From positions 6,333-70,332 of the forward strand of contig JABHXU010000016.1 of assembly GCA_018657065.1 (NCBI GenBank): a DNA stretch of 64,000 nucleotides. Reading direction: 5' to 3'. This document shows positions 47,818 to 57,974 of the stretch, one piece after another. The DNA comes from an archaeon (GTDB lineage: Archaea > Nanobdellota > Nanobdellia > Woesearchaeales > GW2011-AR15). The position numbers and the translations under genes are program-made. Position 1 is the stretch's first letter. Each line of letters opens with the position of its first letter. The notes below the pieces were generated by a model. The model was given only the letters and a program-made list of their open reading frames with translations, did no database searches and was not told the origin of the DNA.

Positions 47818-48336
47818 TTATTTCTTTTTTCTAACAACTTTTTTCTTAGTTGGTCTTTTCTTTGCTACTTTTTTGACTGCTTTCTTTTTAACAGGCTTCT
47901 TAACAGCTTTCTTGACTGGTTTTTTCTTTACTGCTTTTTTAACTGGTCTCTTAACAGCTTTCTTAACTACTCGTTTAACTTTTCTAGCTGGCCTTTTAAC
48001 TGCTTCTTTAACTTTCTTTGCTGCCTTTTTAACTGGTTTTCTTTTAGCTACTTTTTTAACTTTCTTAACTACTTTTTTTGTTTTCTTTTTAACAGCTTTC
48101 TTTAATTTCTTTGCAGATTTCTTAACTACCTTAGCAGATTTCTTTACAGACTTGCTAATTTTTTCAAGTTCTTTTACTAATTCTGCTTTAAGTTCTTCAC
48201 CATCTTTTTTAGAAAGTTTTCTTTTTTTTACTTGTTCAGTAATTGCTCTCTTAACTTTTGGAATTTGTGTTGCGGCTGCTCCAGCTGCTGCAATGCCCAT
48301 CCCTAGTAAGAAAAATCTTTTTAAACCTCTTTTCAT
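47818..48336 (-). CDS. Phasin-like N-terminus plus histone H1-like Lys/Ala/Val-rich tail
   Basis: LKRFFLLGMGIAA...EQVKKRKLSKKDGEEL then KKAVKK/KRPVKK repeats; SD GAGGTG upstream. Confidence 0.75.
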   Translation of the reverse strand: MKRGLKRFFLLGMGIAAAGAAATQIPKVKRAITEQVKKRKLSKKDGEELKAELVKELEKISKSVKKSAKVVKKSAKKLKKAVKKKTKKVVKKVKKVAKRKPVKKAAKKVKEAVKRPARKVKRVVKKAVKRPVKKAVKKKPVKKAVKKPVKKKAVKKVAKKRPTKKKVVRKKK

Positions 48337-48460
48337 CTATGCACCTCTTTTTAAAAATCTAATAAAAAAATTTGAGTCAATGTCCTATTTAAACATTTTG
48401 TTTTTATAGTAAATTATTTTTCAATTAATACGCTAATAAAAAAAATTCTATTTTGTATTA

Positions 48461-48973
48461 TTATCCAAAAACAAATAATATAATTACAAATTTTAGAGAC
48501 AATGCAAAAAAAGTTAGAACTAACCATTTTAAATATTTAAATTTTGTAAGACCAACTGTGAAATTTAAAACAGTATATGGGATTGGTGCCAAATTACCAA
48601 AAAAAATTGCATAACTTTCATATTTAAAGAGATGTTTTTCAATCCATCTTCTTGTAGATTTTTTTACATACGGATTAATTATATTCTCAAAATATCTTCC
48701 AAAAAAATAATTTATATTTTGGCCAGTAAAAACTCCCAAAAAAACTGGAATAATGAAATAAGGATTCAATCTAATTAAATCTATACATATTACATCTAAT
48801 GGTGTAGGAAGAATTGCAATTGATGCTAATGAAAAAAATAAATATAAAGATAAATAATTTGGAACTAATAAATTTGAAAAAATATAATTAGTTAAAAATA
48901 AAGAAATAAAAATAATTAGAGCAATGGCTGCAATACTTGAAAAAATTATTTTTAATTTCTTAATCATGCTCAA
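48461..48973 (-). CDS. VTT/DedA (SNARE-associated) family membrane protein
   Basis: ILPTPLD, GQNINYFFGR, LAPIPYTVLNFTVGL. Confidence 0.8.
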   Translation of the reverse strand: MSMIKKLKIIFSSIAAIALIIFISLFLTNYIFSNLLVPNYLSLYLFFSLASIAILPTPLDVICIDLIRLNPYFIIPVFLGVFTGQNINYFFGRYFENIINPYVKKSTRRWIEKHLFKYESYAIFFGNLAPIPYTVLNFTVGLTKFKYLKWLVLTFFALSLKFVIILFVFG

Positions 48974-50549
48974 GTATTACTTTCATTATTTCAGCGAATG
49001 CTGGTCTTGTAATAAATACTCCGTTGGTTACTCCAATAATTGTTGTAACTGCAAAACCTTTAAGAAGTCCTGCACCTGCAAATAATAATGGAATCATTGC
49101 TGCAATTGTTGCAAAATATGCTGCGAATACCATAAAAAATGCCTTTTTAATTCTTTGAGACCAAGTCGTATATTTTTTTTGCTTGTCTTTTTTATTATCA
49201 AGAATTTCATCAGTAATAATTATCTGATCATCTACCCCAGTACCTATTGCAATTATAATTCCTGCAATTCCTGCAATATCTAAATTTTGTTTTAATAATG
49301 CAGAAATACCTAAGATCAATATAATTTCTGAAGTAATAACTAAAATAATGGGTAACGCAACTTTTATTTTTCTATATCTTAAAAGTACAACCGCTGTTAC
49401 TGCAATTTCTGAAAGTAATCCAATAAGCAAAGCATTTCTTAAAAACTCTTTACCTAATGAAGGACTTAAAGTATCTGTTTTAATTATTTCTAATTTGACA
49501 GGTAAACTTCCTGTAATTAATACAGTTTGTAATTGCTTCATAGATTTTTGACTGTCAACAATTGCTTCTCTTCTATCTCTTCCTATTCCGCTTCCACTAA
49601 TTTGAATATCAGTTACTGGATTCCCTTTAAGTTCAGATCCAATTCTTAATGAATCAACAAGTAAGTCATCTAAATATAAATCAATATTTTTACTTAGATA
49701 TGCTTGTCCATATTCATTGTATTCAACATCTAATTCTCTAGTTGCATTTGCTTGTCTTTCCGCTGCTTCTGGACTTAATGTAATTGAAAATCTAAATCTA
49801 CATGAGTATCCATCTGCAAAAGCTTGGCAACCATATTGTGGATCAATACCTGAACAGTCTGCAGTTCTACAAACATAAGTAACATCTTGACCACCTAGAA
49901 ACACTGTTTTGTTTCCAACTTTTGCTTCAAATTTTCCCTGTTTAGCAAGTAATTCTTTAACTTCTTCTTCATTTGCTCCAGCAACTTCAACAATAATAAA
50001 CTGATTGCCTGCTAAATCATTTGCACTTCTAACAATTGTATCAGTTAAACCAAAAACATTAATTCTTTGTTTCATATTTGCTAAAAGAATATCGGTGTCT
50101 TGACTAGATAGTTTGGTTTCAGGTTGTAACACAACTCTTGTTCCACCTTGTAAATCAAGGCCCAAAATAATATTACTTTTAGGTGCGTCATAAACTGTTA
50201 ATCCTAAAGTTTCTTTGTTAATAAAATTAAGAACATAACCTTGTTTATTCTTACTTGTTTTAATAACCATTGTTGTGTTTTCTGGAAAAGTATTAATTAT
50301 GTTTTCAAAATCTATAACTGAAGTTATAGGCATATTATTAACGTCAATAATTCGTTCTCTAGCTCGAGGTGCTTCTTTAGGACTAGGACTTGCTATATCA
50401 GCAACATAAGCACTTGTGTTTTGTCTAACGGATCTTATTGTAACTCCTTTAACATATGGATTAGGATTAATAGCAATAATTGTCAAAACAAAAAAAACAA
50501 TGTATACCCAAATTTTCCAACTCCTAAATATTTTTTTTATTTTACTCAT
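48960..50549 (-). CDS. secD: Protein translocase subunit SecD
   Basis: LGLDLQGGTRV, RINVFGL, LITGSLPV, SPSLG, IGTGVDDQIII, LKGFAVTT; ATG 50549 overlaps the secF stop (ATGA). Confidence 0.93.
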   Translation of the reverse strand: MSKIKKIFRSWKIWVYIVFFVLTIIAINPNPYVKGVTIRSVRQNTSAYVADIASPSPKEAPRARERIIDVNNMPITSVIDFENIINTFPENTTMVIKTSKNKQGYVLNFINKETLGLTVYDAPKSNIILGLDLQGGTRVVLQPETKLSSQDTDILLANMKQRINVFGLTDTIVRSANDLAGNQFIIVEVAGANEEEVKELLAKQGKFEAKVGNKTVFLGGQDVTYVCRTADCSGIDPQYGCQAFADGYSCRFRFSITLSPEAAERQANATRELDVEYNEYGQAYLSKNIDLYLDDLLVDSLRIGSELKGNPVTDIQISGSGIGRDRREAIVDSQKSMKQLQTVLITGSLPVKLEIIKTDTLSPSLGKEFLRNALLIGLLSEIAVTAVVLLRYRKIKVALPIILVITSEIILILGISALLKQNLDIAGIAGIIIAIGTGVDDQIIITDEILDNKKDKQKKYTTWSQRIKKAFFMVFAAYFATIAAMIPLLFAGAGLLKGFAVTTIIGVTNGVFITRPAFAEIMKVILEHD

Positions 50550-51430
50550 TTTCTTCTCTCCAAATAATATCTTAGGAACGCTACATTTCCTACCCATGTT
50601 GTGATCAAATCAATTACTAATCCAATAACTAAAATAAGCATAATTTGTCTAAGTGTTGAATTGTTTGTAAGTAAAAATGACACACCCATTGCTGCAATTC
50701 CTGCTGCACTCATTGTGAATCCAGTTGTCATCGCGTTAAACAAACCTTGTTTTAAATCTCCTTTTTCTTTTAGAAGTTTAGTTGAAAGCAAAATACTTGT
50801 ATCAATTGAATACCCAATAAGCATTAAGTATGCTGCAATTCCTCCAGCGGTTAATTTTATACCCATAAGATTTGTTATTCCTACTGTAATAAAAATATCC
50901 ATAAAAGCTGAAAACAAAGCAGCTGCAGTCCCATAAATATTTTTAAAATATAATTGAAATACTATCCCCATACTAACAAATGCAATTAATAATGCTACAA
51001 ACATTTGTTTGAAAAAAGATTGGCCTAATGTTGAACCCATTGTTTCAACATTATAATTTTCTTTTGTTAACGGTATTAATTTAGTTATTTCTGCTAACAA
51101 ATCATTTTGAGAAATATCAGATGCTTCAATTATTATTCCAGTAATAACTCCAGAAGATTCAACTGTTCTTAAATTAATTGAAGAAGTTGGGAAAGCTAAA
51201 TTAAGAGTATTTTCTAAATTATTAATATCTGAATAACCAGTTTCTATTGTAATAGAGATTCCACCTTTAAGTGAAACATCTCGATTAATAAAATCTCCAG
51301 TTGTTCTAGCAGTATTAAAAATAACTAGTGCTGAAAGTAAAAACAAGATAACTGGAATCCAAAATAATTTCTTGTATTCTTTGTAATAATACTCTTTAAG
51401 ATTGTCTAAAAAACCCCTCGTCTTCTTCAT
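50546..51430 (-). CDS. secF: Protein translocase subunit SecF
   Basis: SLKGG, GSTLG, IAAYLMLIGYSIDTSILL, IGLVIDLITTW. Confidence 0.93.
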   Translation of the reverse strand: MKKTRGFLDNLKEYYYKEYKKLFWIPVILFLLSALVIFNTARTTGDFINRDVSLKGGISITIETGYSDINNLENTLNLAFPTSSINLRTVESSGVITGIIIEASDISQNDLLAEITKLIPLTKENYNVETMGSTLGQSFFKQMFVALLIAFVSMGIVFQLYFKNIYGTAAALFSAFMDIFITVGITNLMGIKLTAGGIAAYLMLIGYSIDTSILLSTKLLKEKGDLKQGLFNAMTTGFTMSAAGIAAMGVSFLLTNNSTLRQIMLILVIGLVIDLITTWVGNVAFLRYYLERRK

Positions 51431-51554
51431 AATATTTCGGGAACAAGTTTTGGTTTATAAATATTATCCACGAAGCGACATTTCAAATTAAAACAATAAA
51501 CTTTATAAACATTAATCTCTTCCATAGATACATTAGATTTCTTAGGGTGAAATT

Positions 51555-52193
51555 ATGGAAAATAATATTATGAAGACAGGTACAACAACCGTAGGTTTAG
51601 TTGCAAAAGATTGTATAGTGTTAGCTGCAGACAAAAGAGCTACAGCAGGACATTTTATTGCTGGTAAAAAAGTTGATAAAGTTCTACCAGTCTCAGATTC
51701 TATGGCTGTAACAACAGCGGGAAGTGTTTCTGATATTCAATTACTTGTTAAATTAATTAAAGCTGAATTAAGTTTAAGAGAATTAAGAACAGGAAGAACT
51801 AATAGTGCAAATGAAGCAGCAAATCTACTTGCTGGAATTGTATATGGAAAAATTAGAAATTACTCAGCAATTCCTGGAATTGTACATTTCTTATTTGCAG
51901 GTTTTGATGAAGATGGACCTCACCTTTATGATATATATCCAGATGGATCTATCACTGGTGTTGATGATTTTGTAACCTCAGGAAGTGGCGGAAGTTTTGC
52001 TTTTGGTGTTTTTGATGCTCAGTATAAACCTGATTTAAAACAAGAGGATGCAGTTAAACTAGCTGTAACTGCAATAAACTCTGCATTACAAAGAGATAGT
52101 GCAAGTGGTGACGGAATTGATGTTGTCGTCATAAATAAAGACGGTGTTAAAAAAGTCTTTAGTAAAGAACTATTTATAAAAGTATCAAAATAA
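51555..52193 (+). CDS. psmB: Proteasome subunit beta
   Basis: Propeptide MKTG|TTTVGL, AADKRAT, AGSVSD, SGSG, RDSASGDG. Confidence 0.96.
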   Translation: MENNIMKTGTTTVGLVAKDCIVLAADKRATAGHFIAGKKVDKVLPVSDSMAVTTAGSVSDIQLLVKLIKAELSLRELRTGRTNSANEAANLLAGIVYGKIRNYSAIPGIVHFLFAGFDEDGPHLYDIYPDGSITGVDDFVTSGSGGSFAFGVFDAQYKPDLKQEDAVKLAVTAINSALQRDSASGDGIDVVVINKDGVKKVFSKELFIKVSK

Positions 52194-52246
52194 TTTTTAT
52201 TATTTTATTTTAATTAAATAAACAAATCTAAAAAGGTGTATTCTCA

Positions 52247-54136
52247 ATGACTCAAATATTAAAAGAAGTTCTTAGTGAACTACCAGCAGGTAAAATTAGC
52301 GACGCTGTTTTTGAAGGCGCAAATATAGTATTATATACAAAAGATGAGAAATTTTTCAAAGAAAGCTCAGATTTAGTTAGATCTATAGTTAACAAAATTA
52401 AAAAAAGGATTGAATTAAGACCCGATCCAAGTATTACTCATGATAGAGAAATAGCTGAAAAAGAAATTCAACAACTAGTTCCCGAAGAAGCTAAAATTGA
52501 TCAAATAATTTTTGATCCTCAAAGATCAATTGTTATAATTGAAGCTGAAAAACCAGGTGTTGCTATTGGTAAACAAGGCGAAAATTTAAAAAAAATTAAA
52601 GAAAAAACTCTTTGGGTTCCTGTTGTTAAAAGAACTCCCGCTTTAAGATCACAAATTATTGAAAATATAAGAGCAACTTTATATGCAAATTCAGCTGAAA
52701 GAAGAAAATTTTTACATAAAACAGGTGAAAGAATTTATAATGGTTGGATTAGAGCTAAAAGAGACGAGTGGATTAGACTCTCATATTTAGGAAGCGGAAG
52801 ACAAGTTGGTAGAAGTTGTATTTTTTTACAAACTCCTGAGTCGAGAATTTTAATGGATGTTGGTGTTGATGTCGCTGATGTTAACAATGCATACCCACTT
52901 TTAGAAGCTCCTGAATTTAAAATTGAGGAATTAGATGCTGTTGTTATTTCACATAGTCATTTAGATCATTGTGGGTTTGTACCATATTTATTCAAATATG
53001 GATTTAAAGGACCAGTATATTGTACAAAACCAACAAGAGATGTTATGTCACTTCAATTACTTGATTATGTAAAAATTATGCGAAATAATGGTCAAGAACC
53101 TATTTTTACTAGTGAAGAAGTTAAAGAAATGGTTATGCATACAATTACTTTAAATTTTGAAGAAGTAACAGATATCACTCCTGACGTTAGATTAACATTT
53201 TACAATGCAGGTCATATTTTAGGAAGTGCTATGTGTCATCTTCATATTGGAAATGGTCTTCATAATCTACTTTATAGTGCTGATATGAAATTTGGAAAAT
53301 CTGTAATGCTTAGTCCAGCTGCTACAAGATTTCCTAGATTAGAAACTTTACTTTTAGAAGGTACTTATGGTGGAAAAGATAATATTTTGCCAAGTAAAAA
53401 TGAAGTTTATGCTTACTTAAAAGATATTATTAATGACACAATTAAAAACAAAGGAAAATGTTTAATTCCGGTTCTTGGTTCTGGAAGAGCTCAAGATTTA
53501 ATGATTATGATTGAAGAACTTGTTAGAACTAAACAAATAAAAGAAGTTGATGTATTCATTGATGGAATTGTTTGGGATATAACCGCTATTCATACCGCAT
53601 ATCCTGAATTTTTAAATAGTTCAATTAGAAAACAAATATTTCATAAAGACAATAATCCATTTTTATCTAAAATATTTAAACGAGTTGGATCTGGAAAAGA
53701 AAGAAAAGAAGTTATTGAAGAAGGCAAACCTTGTATTATTCTAGCTACCTCCGGTATGCTTATTGGTGGACCTTCTGTTGAATATCTAAGATCTCTTTCA
53801 GATAATCCAAAAAACGCATTAATCTTTAGTTCATATCAAGGTGAAGGATCACTAGGTAGAAGAATTAGAAATGGTGAACGTGAAATTATCTTTAAAAATG
53901 GTTCAAAAAAAGAAACTTGTGAAATAAAAATGCAAGTTCATAAAATTGAAATCTCGGACCATTCTGATAGAAGAGAACTAATGAATTTTGTTGGAAGACT
54001 TAATCCTCGACCTAAAAAAATCTTAATTAACCATGGTGAAAATTCAAGAGCTCTTGACTTAGCTAGTTCACTTCATAAAACTTATAGACTCGAAACTAGT
54101 GTACCTAGAAATTTAGATAGTGTTAGAATTAAATAA
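52247..54136 (+). CDS. fttA: KH-domain beta-CASP ribonuclease aCPSF1 (transcription termination factor FttA)
   Basis: N-terminal KH (PGVAIGKQG), HSHLDH, AGHILGS, TSGML.GGPSVEY, NHGE; adjacent to psmB. Confidence 0.95.
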   Translation: MTQILKEVLSELPAGKISDAVFEGANIVLYTKDEKFFKESSDLVRSIVNKIKKRIELRPDPSITHDREIAEKEIQQLVPEEAKIDQIIFDPQRSIVIIEAEKPGVAIGKQGENLKKIKEKTLWVPVVKRTPALRSQIIENIRATLYANSAERRKFLHKTGERIYNGWIRAKRDEWIRLSYLGSGRQVGRSCIFLQTPESRILMDVGVDVADVNNAYPLLEAPEFKIEELDAVVISHSHLDHCGFVPYLFKYGFKGPVYCTKPTRDVMSLQLLDYVKIMRNNGQEPIFTSEEVKEMVMHTITLNFEEVTDITPDVRLTFYNAGHILGSAMCHLHIGNGLHNLLYSADMKFGKSVMLSPAATRFPRLETLLLEGTYGGKDNILPSKNEVYAYLKDIINDTIKNKGKCLIPVLGSGRAQDLMIMIEELVRTKQIKEVDVFIDGIVWDITAIHTAYPEFLNSSIRKQIFHKDNNPFLSKIFKRVGSGKERKEVIEEGKPCIILATSGMLIGGPSVEYLRSLSDNPKNALIFSSYQGEGSLGRRIRNGEREIIFKNGSKKETCEIKMQVHKIEISDHSDRRELMNFVGRLNPRPKKILINHGENSRALDLASSLHKTYRLETSVPRNLDSVRIK

Positions 54137-54145
54137 AAAATAAAA

Positions 54146-55426
54146 TTATTTTTTTACTTCTTTTACTTTTACCAAAAAGTAAATTCCTAAAAGTATAATT
54201 AGACCTAAAAATAAAACTGATACTCTATATTTCATTACTGGGTATTTTGATAAGACAAAAACTGTTAATCCCCAAATTAATGGACCTATAACCGACGCAA
54301 ATCTTTGAAAAACTGAATAATAACCGAAATATTCACCAAGTTTATCTTTTGGAGAAATGTTAATAAAAAGTAATCTAGATATTGTAAAAAGTCCACCTTG
54401 TGTTAAACCTATTATAAAAAAAATAATGAATAATAAAACAAGATTAGCTTTAATTAAAGAAATAACAATTAATATAATACTCAGAGAACTTGCTGTAAAA
54501 AAATAAAGCTTTTTTGGAGAATATTTCTGACACAAAAGTCCAAAAATATATGTTCCTGGAAGTAGACTAATAAAAGTTACTCCTAATACTAAAGTTTTAA
54601 GAGTATCCGAAAGCATCCAAACTTCTGAAAAATATATTGCAATATAGAGGCCAAAAGTAAGTACAGCATCTGAGATAAAATAAAATGAAATCAAAAATCT
54701 AAATACATTCTTATCATGTTTTATTATGTTCTTTAATCCTTTAAAAAAAGTAAGATATATTGATTTAACATTTAGCATATTATATTTCTTTTCTCTTTTT
54801 TTCTTTTCTTCTTTGTAAATAAATAACATTGGTAAAGATAATAATATTGACAACAATGCACCTGCAAAAAACACCTGAGATCTGCCCATCTCACCAGATA
54901 ATAATGCAAATTTTCCGTTTGCAATTGGAAGAAATAAAAAAAGTCCAATAAGTGTTCCAAAATTATTAAAAAATTCTCCAATACCTGATAGCATTCCAAT
55001 ATTATTTTTATTTGAAATATCATACAACATTGAATTAAAAAATACTAAAACTAATTGATAACAATATTGGAACAAGAAAAACATTAATAATGAAAGTGGA
55101 ATTTTCAAGTATTGCGGTAAATTAGACGGTGCTATAATTCCTAACACTATTGATGACAAACTAATAAAAATTGTAAATAAAGTAACAAAAGGTTTTCGTT
55201 GTTTAATGTTATCAGACCAAGCACCAAAAAAAGGACTAGTGATCAAAACTGCAGCTGTAGCAATAGAAAACACAAGTCCATACCAAAAGTCATGTACTCC
55301 ATTATCAATAATTATCCATTGAGAAAAATACATAGTAAAACAAATTGTCATTATTGAATTAGCTAAGTCATAAATTCCCCATGACCAAATATTTCTTTTC
55401 ACAACTTTATTATCTATTGTCATCAT
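54146..55426 (-). CDS. MFS transporter (Atg22/UMF1-like)
   Basis: WGIYDLANS, SPFFGAWSD, GEYFGYYS...IGPLIWG; 12 TM. Confidence 0.88.
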   Translation of the reverse strand: MMTIDNKVVKRNIWSWGIYDLANSIMTICFTMYFSQWIIIDNGVHDFWYGLVFSIATAAVLITSPFFGAWSDNIKQRKPFVTLFTIFISLSSIVLGIIAPSNLPQYLKIPLSLLMFFLFQYCYQLVLVFFNSMLYDISNKNNIGMLSGIGEFFNNFGTLIGLFLFLPIANGKFALLSGEMGRSQVFFAGALLSILLSLPMLFIYKEEKKKREKKYNMLNVKSIYLTFFKGLKNIIKHDKNVFRFLISFYFISDAVLTFGLYIAIYFSEVWMLSDTLKTLVLGVTFISLLPGTYIFGLLCQKYSPKKLYFFTASSLSIILIVISLIKANLVLLFIIFFIIGLTQGGLFTISRLLFINISPKDKLGEYFGYYSVFQRFASVIGPLIWGLTVFVLSKYPVMKYRVSVLFLGLIILLGIYFLVKVKEVKK

Positions 55427-55458
55427 AAATAGTGTTAATAAGTTATAAATAAATACTA

Positions 55459-55478
55459 GTCGTAATTAACATTACGAC
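55459..55478. promoter_or_regulatory. Perfect inverted repeat, putative operator in the divergent MFS/TrmB promoter
   Basis: GTCGTAAT-TAAC-ATTACGAC flanked by two TATA-like elements. Confidence 0.65.
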
Positions 55479-55511
55479 AATTTTAAATATTAGAATAGTT
55501 AATCTGTTATA

Positions 55512-56291
55512 ATGAACATAAAAATTCTTGAAGAATTAGGGTTAACTGAAAATGAAACTACAATCTATTTAACACTAATTCAAGATGGTACGTCATCTGC
55601 AAATGCAATTTCAGAAAAAACTGGAATGCACAGAAGTTATATATATGATACACTGTCAAAAATGGTCAATAAGGGTTTAGTAAGTTATGTAACAAAATCT
55701 GGTAAAAAAAATTTCAAAGGAGTAAATCCAAGTAAATTTAAAGACATAATTAGAGAAAAGGAAGAAAAAATAACCAAACTTATACCTGATTTATTAAAAA
55801 TATACAAACAAGAAAAATCCGAATACAAAATTGAAGTTCTCGAAGGAAAGGAGGGACTAAAAACTTACCTAAATGATTTATTTGACTATGTATTAATTCA
55901 AGATAATGTTGAAACACTTCAATTAGGAAGAAAAATTTCAATGGAAGATCATCTAATGAAATATTACAGAACGAACCTTGAAAAAAAAGCTAAAAAACTC
56001 GGTTTGATGAAAAAAGTAAAACAAGGAAAAATCAAATCCAGAGCTTTACTTGATCATGCTGTAAAAAATAAAAAACTCCTAATAAAAAAAATAATGCCAT
56101 ATAGATACTTACCAAAAGGTTTTGACACAGGAGGAAAAGACTTAACTATTGTTGGTAATAAAGTTGCTATTGAATCACTTGATGGCAAACCTTTTGCAAT
56201 CGTAATAACAAATCACGGTATTGCTAATTTTTATAAAAATCTTTTTGAGACTCTTTGGCAAATCTCATCAAAAGAAAAAGAAAAAAAATAA
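55512..56291 (+). CDS. TrmB family transcriptional regulator
   Basis: LEELGLTENETTIYLTL...ISEKTGMHRSYIYDTL..KGLVS; EGKEGLK; FETLW. Confidence 0.9.
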   Translation: MNIKILEELGLTENETTIYLTLIQDGTSSANAISEKTGMHRSYIYDTLSKMVNKGLVSYVTKSGKKNFKGVNPSKFKDIIREKEEKITKLIPDLLKIYKQEKSEYKIEVLEGKEGLKTYLNDLFDYVLIQDNVETLQLGRKISMEDHLMKYYRTNLEKKAKKLGLMKKVKQGKIKSRALLDHAVKNKKLLIKKIMPYRYLPKGFDTGGKDLTIVGNKVAIESLDGKPFAIVITNHGIANFYKNLFETLWQISSKEKEKK

Positions 56292-56297
56292 TCTTTT

Positions 56298-57134
56298 TTA
56301 TTCTATTATTATTTCTGCTCTACTCGATGTAAATCTTGATTTATCAGGTCTAACAATTGTGACTGCATAATAATTCACACCTGGATCTGGAGTAAGATGC
56401 AAATATTCTGTTTGATTTACATATGCAATAGTAGCTTTTGCAGAATCATCTGGATATTTAGGAAATGGATGATCTGTTGTCCAAACGACTTTATAAAATA
56501 AAAAGTCACCATTGTATTTATCCCAATTTAATTGAACACCATCTTCTGTTTTAACAACTGTTAAACTAATTTCTTGATCTGGTGTTTCTTTAAGATTAGG
56601 AAATTCTACTTTAACTGGATTACTATGTGTTTTTTCATTTAATGGACTTATTGCACTAATTACATAATAACTAATTCCTTCTTCAGGTAAAACATCTTCA
56701 TAACTTGTTTCATTAATATCTGTAATTGTTTTTCGTAAAGATTGTCCTGGATAAGTGGGATTTGCGTCTGTCACAGATCTACTAACTTTATATGATGCAA
56801 ATTCATGATCTCCTTCATATACTGTCCATGTTAATTTTACTGAAGAATCTGTTTTTTCTAAACTAAGTTGAATTGGATATTTTAATGAATCTTTCATTTG
56901 TTGATCTTCTTCATAAGTAAGTTCGTCTAAAGGTCCACCTTCTTCATAAAGTTCTTCATCAAATTCCTCTTCTACATTTTCAGAATCATTAATATCTTGA
57001 TTTTCTTCAAGTTCATCCGTAGTCAGTTCATCAAATGGATCATATTCCTCTGTTGAACATGCTGTAATAAGAATTGATAACATTAAAACAATTAGTAATG
57101 CTTTTTTCATTAAATCACCTAATAAACTCAACAT
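56298..57134 (-). CDS. Lipoprotein with acidic linker and two FN3-like repeats (probable start at MKKALL)
   Basis: Lipobox LITAC; two repeats VKLTW..Y...F..YKV...PTYP / VQLNW..Y..F..YKV...PKYP. Confidence 0.72.
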   Translation of the reverse strand: MLSLLGDLMKKALLIVLMLSILITACSTEEYDPFDELTTDELEENQDINDSENVEEEFDEELYEEGGPLDELTYEEDQQMKDSLKYPIQLSLEKTDSSVKLTWTVYEGDHEFASYKVSRSVTDANPTYPGQSLRKTITDINETSYEDVLPEEGISYYVISAISPLNEKTHSNPVKVEFPNLKETPDQEISLTVVKTEDGVQLNWDKYNGDFLFYKVVWTTDHPFPKYPDDSAKATIAYVNQTEYLHLTPDPGVNYYAVTIVRPDKSRFTSSRAEIIIE

Positions 57135-57227
57135 TATAGGACTATTTAATGATTTTTATTTATATTAACTACTTAATAGTACTAAAAAGAGTAAGATTTA
57201 TAAAGAGTAGCTACTTCACAGTGACAT

Positions 57228-57794
57228 ATGAGTATCAAATCCATATTTTTTTTAGCTATTGGAATGATTCTAGGTATTTTGATCTCTATAGTTGCCTTCT
57301 CAGCTCAATCAAATTCTCCAAGTGTTTCCTCAACAACATATATTGTTGCTAACGCTAATACTGTTAGAGAAGAAGCATCAGAAAATGAGCATTTTGTCAC
57401 AAAAATTTTAGGAATGACTAATGAGGAACAAGTTAGCCCATATAATTGGATAGGAGAACACGAAATTTCTGTTTTAAAAGATAAAATTGTTATTGATTTA
57501 GAAAATGCAGTCTGGTCAAAATTTACAGACACAAATAGTATGGACCCTGTAATTGACAAAGGAGCTAATGCTATTCAAATTATTCCTAAAGATATATCTG
57601 ATATTCACGTTGGAGATATTGTGTCGTATGATTCAAAATACTCTGATGGTATAATTATCCATAGAGTTATTGAAATTGGATATGATACAGAAGGTTGGTA
57701 TTGTATTATGAAGGGCGATAATAATAAAAAACAAGATCCTGGAAAAGTTCGATTTGATCAAATAAAAAGAATTACTGTTGCCATAATTTACTAA
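57228..57794 (+). CDS. Signal peptidase I-like protein (S26, Sec11-type Ser/His)
   Basis: N-terminal TM; TNSMDP, VGDIVSY, IIHRV, KGDNN..DP. Confidence 0.85.
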   Translation: MSIKSIFFLAIGMILGILISIVAFSAQSNSPSVSSTTYIVANANTVREEASENEHFVTKILGMTNEEQVSPYNWIGEHEISVLKDKIVIDLENAVWSKFTDTNSMDPVIDKGANAIQIIPKDISDIHVGDIVSYDSKYSDGIIIHRVIEIGYDTEGWYCIMKGDNNKKQDPGKVRFDQIKRITVAIIY

Positions 57795-57806
57795 AGGTGT
57801 TTTCTA

Positions 57807-57875
57807 ATGAGGTTTTCATATTATATTCTTGGGGCTTTTATGGCATTACTTACAATATTTAGCATACTAAAATAA
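57807..57875 (+). CDS. Putative 22-aa hydrophobic micropeptide
   Basis: MRFSYYILGAFMALLTIFSILK preceded by AAGGTG SD that overlaps the SPase stop. Confidence 0.4.
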   Translation: MRFSYYILGAFMALLTIFSILK

Positions 57876-57974
57876 AATTAATAAAAGGGGGCGCGGGGAA
57901 CGGCGCATAATTATTATTTGTTACAAAATAACTCTTTATTAAAAACATTTAAAAACAAATATTCTATTCTTTAA

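Noticed and set aside
47873..48409. 178-aa plus-strand ORF rich in Phe/Leu/Thr
   Set aside because: Antisense shadow of the Lys-rich repeat gene; the repeats are coding, not a CRISPR or satellite array.
50550..50597. N-terminal extension of SecD given in the ORF track
   Set aside because: It lies inside secF; ATG 50549 overlapping the secF stop is the more likely start.
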